From assembly GCF_009914755.1 (NCBI RefSeq), contig NC_060945.1: a stretch of DNA of 64,000 nt; one strand, given 5' to 3'. The notes beneath the pieces are model-generated. The model was not told the DNA's origin and did not search any database. It saw only the letters and a list, made by a program, of their open reading frames with translations. A program made the position numbers and the translations under genes. This document shows, piece by piece, positions 58,040 to 64,000 of this stretch; position 1 is the first letter of the stretch, and every line of letters starts with the position of its first letter. This stretch comes from the human T2T-CHM13v2.0 reference genome, Homo sapiens.

Positions 58040-58200
58040 TTATGGTATGTCAGGTAGTGGACTAAACACTTCATGCATATCATATTTAGTGTTCACATCT
58101 TCTCTATTAGGGAGGTATTATCCCCATTTTATAGACAAGTAAACTGAGGCTCAATATATTAAGCAGTGAAATTAGTTTGACTTAATTCTAAAGCTGAAGT
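58040..58200 (-). mobile_element. MIR
   Basis: tattatccccattttatagacaagtaaactgaggctca. Confidence 0.78.
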
Positions 58201-58852
58201 ATTTTCTAAGATGTGCGTGGCAATGTGAAGGCCTGTTCTTCATAACTTTATCTGAATGTTTATTAACTGTACTAGTATGATATGTGAAGATGGACAAAAA
58301 AAGATGCATTTTTTAAGTACATATCCTGATGGCAGCAATTTTTTTTAAAAAATTCAGTTTTGTTCAGAGTCAAGGTGTCATGCAGGCCACAATTTTCAGC
58401 AAGCAATTGCCAAAGCCTGATAAAGGGAAATTTTCCTGCCTGAAATGGCCAGGCACGCGATGAGATTGGGATGAGTTTTGGTGAAAGCACTTATAAAAAG
58501 CTAAGAATCAAATGAGGAAACCAAGTCCAGGTGATATGACCATCAGTGGATTAATTTATTCACTTGTGTGTCAGTGGACCTCTGTTAATGAGCTAGTGTC
58601 CTTCAAAGTGTTAGACATTATCCACGGGTCCAAAGTGGGTGAAAAAATAAAATGAAACAAAATGAATGAGTCAGTAAGTGAAAAAGGCAAAACAAAGGAT
58701 CAATAATCAGTTTTAGAACATAGAAAAGTAGATGCTGGATCATGCCTTAAATGGTACTGAGGTTTATACATTTTGCCTTTACTGATTATTGGTTTTGGTG
58801 TCACCTGGCTCAGGCAAGCTACACTAAAGGTACAAATAAATGAGATGGGCTT

Positions 58853-59218
58853 TGTATTAGTTCATTCTCACGCTGCTATAAAGAACTGCCTGAGACTAGG
58901 TAATTTATAAGGAAGAGAGGTTTAATTGGCTCACAGTTCTGCATGACTGGGGAGACCTCAGGAAAAATACAATCATGATGGAAGGCCCCTCTTCACAGGG
59001 CAGCAAGAGAGAGAAGTGCTAAGCAAAGGGTGGAGGGAAGCTCCTTATAAAACCATCAGATCTGGTGAAAACTCACTCACTATCATGAGAACAGCATGAG
59101 GGTAACAGACCCCATAATTCAATTACCTCTCACAGGCTCCCTTCCATGACATGTGGGGATTGTGGGAGCTACCTTTCAAGATGAGATTTGGGTGGGGACG
59201 CAGCCAAACCTTATATCA
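58853..59218 (-). mobile_element. THE1C/D (MaLR) solo LTR
   Basis: tgtattagt...gagatttgggtggggacgcagccaaaccttatatca; perfect 5-bp TSD ggctt. Confidence 0.92.
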
Positions 59219-61424
59219 GGCTTTAAGAAAATGGTGAAGGTTGTTAGCTTTAGCTAGTTTCCAAGTGTCAACAGCAGTATTGCCAGTATTCCTGCTTTTG
59301 CCTTTTTCTCGTGAACCTAAAATTTATATTAGCGATCCCAGTTCACCTAACCCACCCTGCCTGTTATGTCATCTTTACTTCTACACTACTGACCGTACCT
59401 TACTCATGACACTTGGGTTTATTGCCATTTTTTACTTTTTTAACTTTTGCTTTCTATTGATCAGCACAGATCAAGGAATTAAATTATGTGTTTGTTTATT
59501 ATTGTGGTGTTTATTTCTAGTGTGTCTTTTTCCTTCCTTTCTAACCTTTCTACCTTTCCAACTGACCATGGTTTTGCTTCAGGAAAAGGCCTACATAGCC
59601 AAAAACAGCAAAGAAAATGTCAAATTGTTAGTTTTCAAGTCTAAAATTGATTTTTCAAAATTCGTGGCAGAAACCACAGTTTAAAAAATGTTTGAGTTAT
59701 GAAGACCATCCTTTTTAGGAAGGTAAAGTTCATGCATTTGGTATTTGACCAAAAAAAAGAGAAGCCCCAAAGAAATCTATGCATGAGGTTAAAGAGATTA
59801 TATCAAGAGGGACCAAGGATTTACAAATTCCATTTACTGAAGACGAGAGCCTGTAAAGGAGCTATATGAATGTCAGTGGAGGCCAACCAGAGTAGATGTC
59901 AGTGACCCCCCAAAAGCCAAGGCCAAGATAAGGCATATCTTTGTGGATGCTGGTAATGAAAGACAAAGCCAGAAGTACAAGGTGGTGGTTGCCCCAGAAA
60001 ACATGATGCCGTGTAGAAACGGGGAGAAAGGAGCATGACATTGTAAATAGAATAGAATAGCTAAAAGCGACTGAGTTTACCTATATTTCCCTATGTTACA
60101 TTTCCTGTTATAATGCAGAAGGAAATCTTATAAAAGACAATTACTTCAGTAGTAGAAAGCGGTTTTAAATTTCTAACACTTGAGTCTACTTCCACTGAAT
60201 ATGGCTTGTGGGTGTAGTTGGCCTTTCATTGTGCTTAAACTGCCCTTTAACCCCCTTTCTGTTTAGGTGTCTGGCCTATGACTTCTCCCAGTAATTTTGC
60301 TCTTGTCCTCTTCCTTGCCCATGCAAGACCTGTACGCATAGACACATAGCTGTTCTCTTGGGAGCACCCTTCTTTCAGGAAGCTCTGTGCCATTTCATCT
60401 CTCTGAATGTTACAAATAGATGCACTTTCCTAGTATCCAGTTTCTAGAGGCTTAGATTCTAATGAATTTGATCTGTTACATTGACTTATTGACTCTGCCT
60501 AAATGTTCCCAATTGTATTCCCCAAATGAAATCTAAATAATGTGGTATTTGAGGACACACTGTGTATGTAATGTATCATATTGTCTATTTTGTGAGGTAT
60601 TACAAAGAAGAGAATAATATTTAATTCATGGGAGGCTATTATATTTACTCCTTATGCAGTGTTTTCATGTGCATTACCTAATTTTCACCTTAGATTTATG
60701 CAAATAAATTGTAAATGATATCTCTGTTTTCCTTAAGATATTAATATGCAGAAATAACATATCCATAAGCTGTAAACATAATAGAAAATAAATATATGTT
60801 GATAAAACATGGAAAAATGTAAAAATACAGCAAACACATAATCATAGCTAAATGTAAAATAGAAACTATATTACATTTCATTTATGTTTTTGATTCTGTG
60901 ATTTTGATAACTTAAGATACTACTTTTTACTTTTGGAAGCATAATGGTGCACACTACCTTATTGATATGGACTCATGCATACTCTCATAAGAATCAAGGT
61001 AGAGTCAACATAAGTAACTGGTTTTCTGCCCATGTATAAATTCCACCTTCACTACATACTAGCTGTAACTTTAAAGCTTTCTTTTATTTCAAATCTGTCA
61101 TTCTGATTTAGTAAACATGGCACAGTGGCCGTACAGATAAAAACAGCAAGTTTTCTGTGATTCACTAGCTAATATTGATAAATAATGGATTTAAATGTAA
61201 CCATTTCTCAAAAAGGTCACAGTCATGTGTTCTTTGCTGATATTTGAGGTAACCAGAAGAATAAAAGAGGAGGGAAACAATTCCTTAAGACCTATACACA
61301 AAAAAATAAATGAACAAAATAAGTAAAGTTAAAATCATTTTGTCTCTCAATCATGCTTTCATCTGTTGATTTTATAAAAGACTACTACTTGAAAATCATA
61401 GCTTTGACAATTATAAATAGTGTT

Positions 61425-61748
61425 TAACAAGCATTTCCAGCTCTCACTGTCTTTGGATATGTGCTAACCTGTTTCTGTTGGGTCTAGCATGTGGCAAGCT
61501 TTGGCCAATGAAGTGTAGGAGTAGCTTGTGTCACCTCTTGTCTGAAGCCCTTTGTGCAACATTGATGTTGTGGAAGCACTAGTTAAAGTGAAGGTCTGTC
61601 TTCCTGAGTGTCTGAGTGCCATGATGAGAGAGCCCCCTGCTGACCTTAACCAGAGATGAAGCAAGAGTAAAATATGCACACTTGTGTTAAAACATGACTC
61701 TTCAGGATTGTAGGTTACTGCGTCATAGCCTCAACAAACCTGACTATT
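61425..61748 (+). mobile_element. MLT1I/J-type MaLR LTR
   Basis: ttggccaatgaagtgt...tgtgtcacctct...agagccccctgctgacc...gttactgcgtcatagcct. Confidence 0.7.
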
Positions 61749-63725
61749 GGAATGCTTATGTAGATTGTGAATCACTGCATATATTTGTATTATAGTTTAC
61801 TTTTAAAATTGTAAAAAAAGTACAATTTTTACTAGAAACACGATTTTTACTTATATTTTTTAATTTAAAGGGGTGTGACAACTTGATAATTTAATGTAGT
61901 TTAATTTTTTTAACTCCTCACAATACAGGATTTCTCAGGTTATATTTAATATATGGTATAGATTTTATTAAGGTTTTGGGCGCATACAAGTATATTTGGG
62001 GAAGGTGAATTGATCATTCATAAAATTTTTTGGCACTTAACTAATAACTCATGGATATAAACCAAAACAATTGCAGTCAAAAATCAATGAAGTTCAGGAA
62101 CACTTTTCACTAGTTAACTATGCGTAAAGCTCTGTGATAAGTTTTGAGGGGGGAAAAAGAAAGGAAAATACTTGAGTTGTTAACATATGATTTTTTAAAA
62201 ATTAATGATGCTCAGTTATAAAAAATCCAGTGGAAAATATCATTAATGTATTCTGAAACAGTTTGAAAAAGCCACTCTGTGAATCAACCTACTTTTGGTT
62301 TTAGAATTTATTTACTTATTTAGAAAGAAAGAAAACAGAAAGACAGGCACCATTCTCTGTATGTTATTTTCCTGAAAGGTGTTAAGGCAAAATGAAAAAA
62401 AACTCTCCTCTATAATTATGTAATATATCCTAATCTCTTATTATGCTTTATGATTTTATAATTCTGTGTAAAATCTGTCATAGTTTTAAGTCCCATCACC
62501 TAATGCATGCATTCTTGTCTAGTCTTTTTATGAAAGGATTCATTCTTGTGAATCAACAAGGCATAGACCCAGACTAAGAGAGCTTTCATCGTTTTTAAGA
62601 AAGTGACGCTAGCTTACAGTCTCCTAGGAAACTCAAAAATTCAGCAGCTGTAGAAAGTCCAAGTTTTACAAAACAGCTATTATTGGGGGTGAAATCTCCC
62701 AAGGATGGATTCCTGCAATCTCACCTTATTTTTAAACATGGAATAAGAAATACTTTAATAGTATTTATGGTTAGTCATTTGTTAGTGAGCAGAAAAAAAT
62801 CAGCAAAACCCAGATCTGGACACTTTTCATTTCTTGATCTGAGTGGAACTGCAATTAAACTCAGGAAACTTAACAAAAGGCTGATTATTTGAAGGGAATG
62901 GTCATCAAACAAACACTGAAAAAATACAAATCCAGAAAGCACACACAGAATAATTTATTAGGCAGTATAATAGCAATTAATTAAGAGGAATGTATATATG
63001 TACTGGAGAAATATGTATTCTAAAATATAAAGTGTAAAAATTAACAATACATGAAATAGCCACATTATCTCCATGAAATTAAGAGTTTGCACTAAATGAA
63101 CTTCAAAATTGCTATCGAGGGAAAAAAATCCATAATGCTTCTGTACTTTTATATGTGTGTTGCATGCTCAGTTTGTTGGTTATGTTGTCTTTTGGATGCT
63201 AAGAGAAGTACAATGGAATATTGCTTTTAGAAATACGTCTGTGTTTTACACTATCATGCTACTATGAAAGGTAGGCATGCACTTGCTGTCATGAAACAAA
63301 TAGAGTTTTTGTAATTAGGTGAAACTTGCCTAAAGTTAGTCATTTTGTTTTTGTGTGTTAATGACTTATTTATTATCGATACATCTTGATGAGAAACATG
63401 CAGAGTTTAAAGATGGAAAATGAAACATGTTAGTACCATTTATCTGACAACAAAAATGCCAAATGAGAAAATAATCGTGGTTGTGGAATTTTCAGTGTAT
63501 TGACTCAGGCTTACCACTACAGAGTAGAAGAACAAAGAAGGGTGTCTTTGATATCCAGTGGCTATAGGTCAAAAGTTGATTCCTTTTCAGTATTATTTCT
63601 TTGCCTTTGGAGACATTAATTAACTTTTTTGAAACTCAATTTCCACAAGTGAAAAATACATATGTTATGATAATCTCAAAATAGTTTTATAAAGTTTCCG
63701 AATTTATGACATGTTATCTTTTCAG

Positions 63726-63766
63726 TAAATGTTGTCCTCCCTTCTCCTCCTCCTCACCGTAGAGAC
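63726..63766 (+). other. Candidate 41-nt exon
   Basis: gttatcttttcag|TAAATG...CGTAGAGAC|gtaagt; one open frame (NVVLPSPPPHRRD); TGCATG 70 nt downstream. Confidence 0.3.
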
Positions 63767-64000
63767 GTAAGTTGTTTTCAAGTTATAATCGGATATTTAC
63801 ATGTATTTATTAGTACATTAGTGTATTGTATATATCTGCATGTCAAATGCAAAATACATAGGATGGAAAAATAGGAACAAAGAAGTATTTGCCATACATG
63901 TTTTAAAAAGGTTTTCTAGTACCTATTTTTTTTCTCATGGATAGAGATGCTAACACATCGATAACTTCTACTTCATACTTGTTATCTGCCAAGCATTTGT

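Noticed and set aside
63511-63557. Minus-strand 47-nt exon candidate (cctatag...GTG|gtaagc)
   Set aside because: Weak acceptor, frameshifting length and no supporting motifs.

Overview
AT-rich, CpG-poor human genomic DNA. It is assigned to human because it carries an AluYb8, a human-specific subfamily. The window is dominated by interspersed repeats: about 18 Alus, L1PA/L1M fragments, L2/MIR, MER4/MER50/LTR16/LTR33/MaLR LTRs, and Tigger6/MER20/MER5A/MER33 DNA transposons, plus simple repeats. No ORF in the track looks like a real gene: they are Alu- or L1-derived or random. There are no prokaryotic features, rRNA, tRNA or CRISPR arrays. The window reads like intronic sequence of a long gene that I could not identify; the best splice signals are on the + strand. 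Most interesting items: a candidate 18-nt microexon (23986-24003); a CAG|GTAAGT site that may be a recursive splice point (25901-25909); a repeat-free block with a compact 3-way-junction RNA fold (13884-13951); and several unusual insertion/repair scars. The scars are an Alu with a ~130-bp flank duplication, a TSD-less AluYb8, a 33-bp micro-L1, a chimeric Alu, a 104-bp dispersed duplication and a nested palindrome. I found no convincing novel multi-gene system. Repeat names come from recalled consensus sequences and boundaries are approximate.
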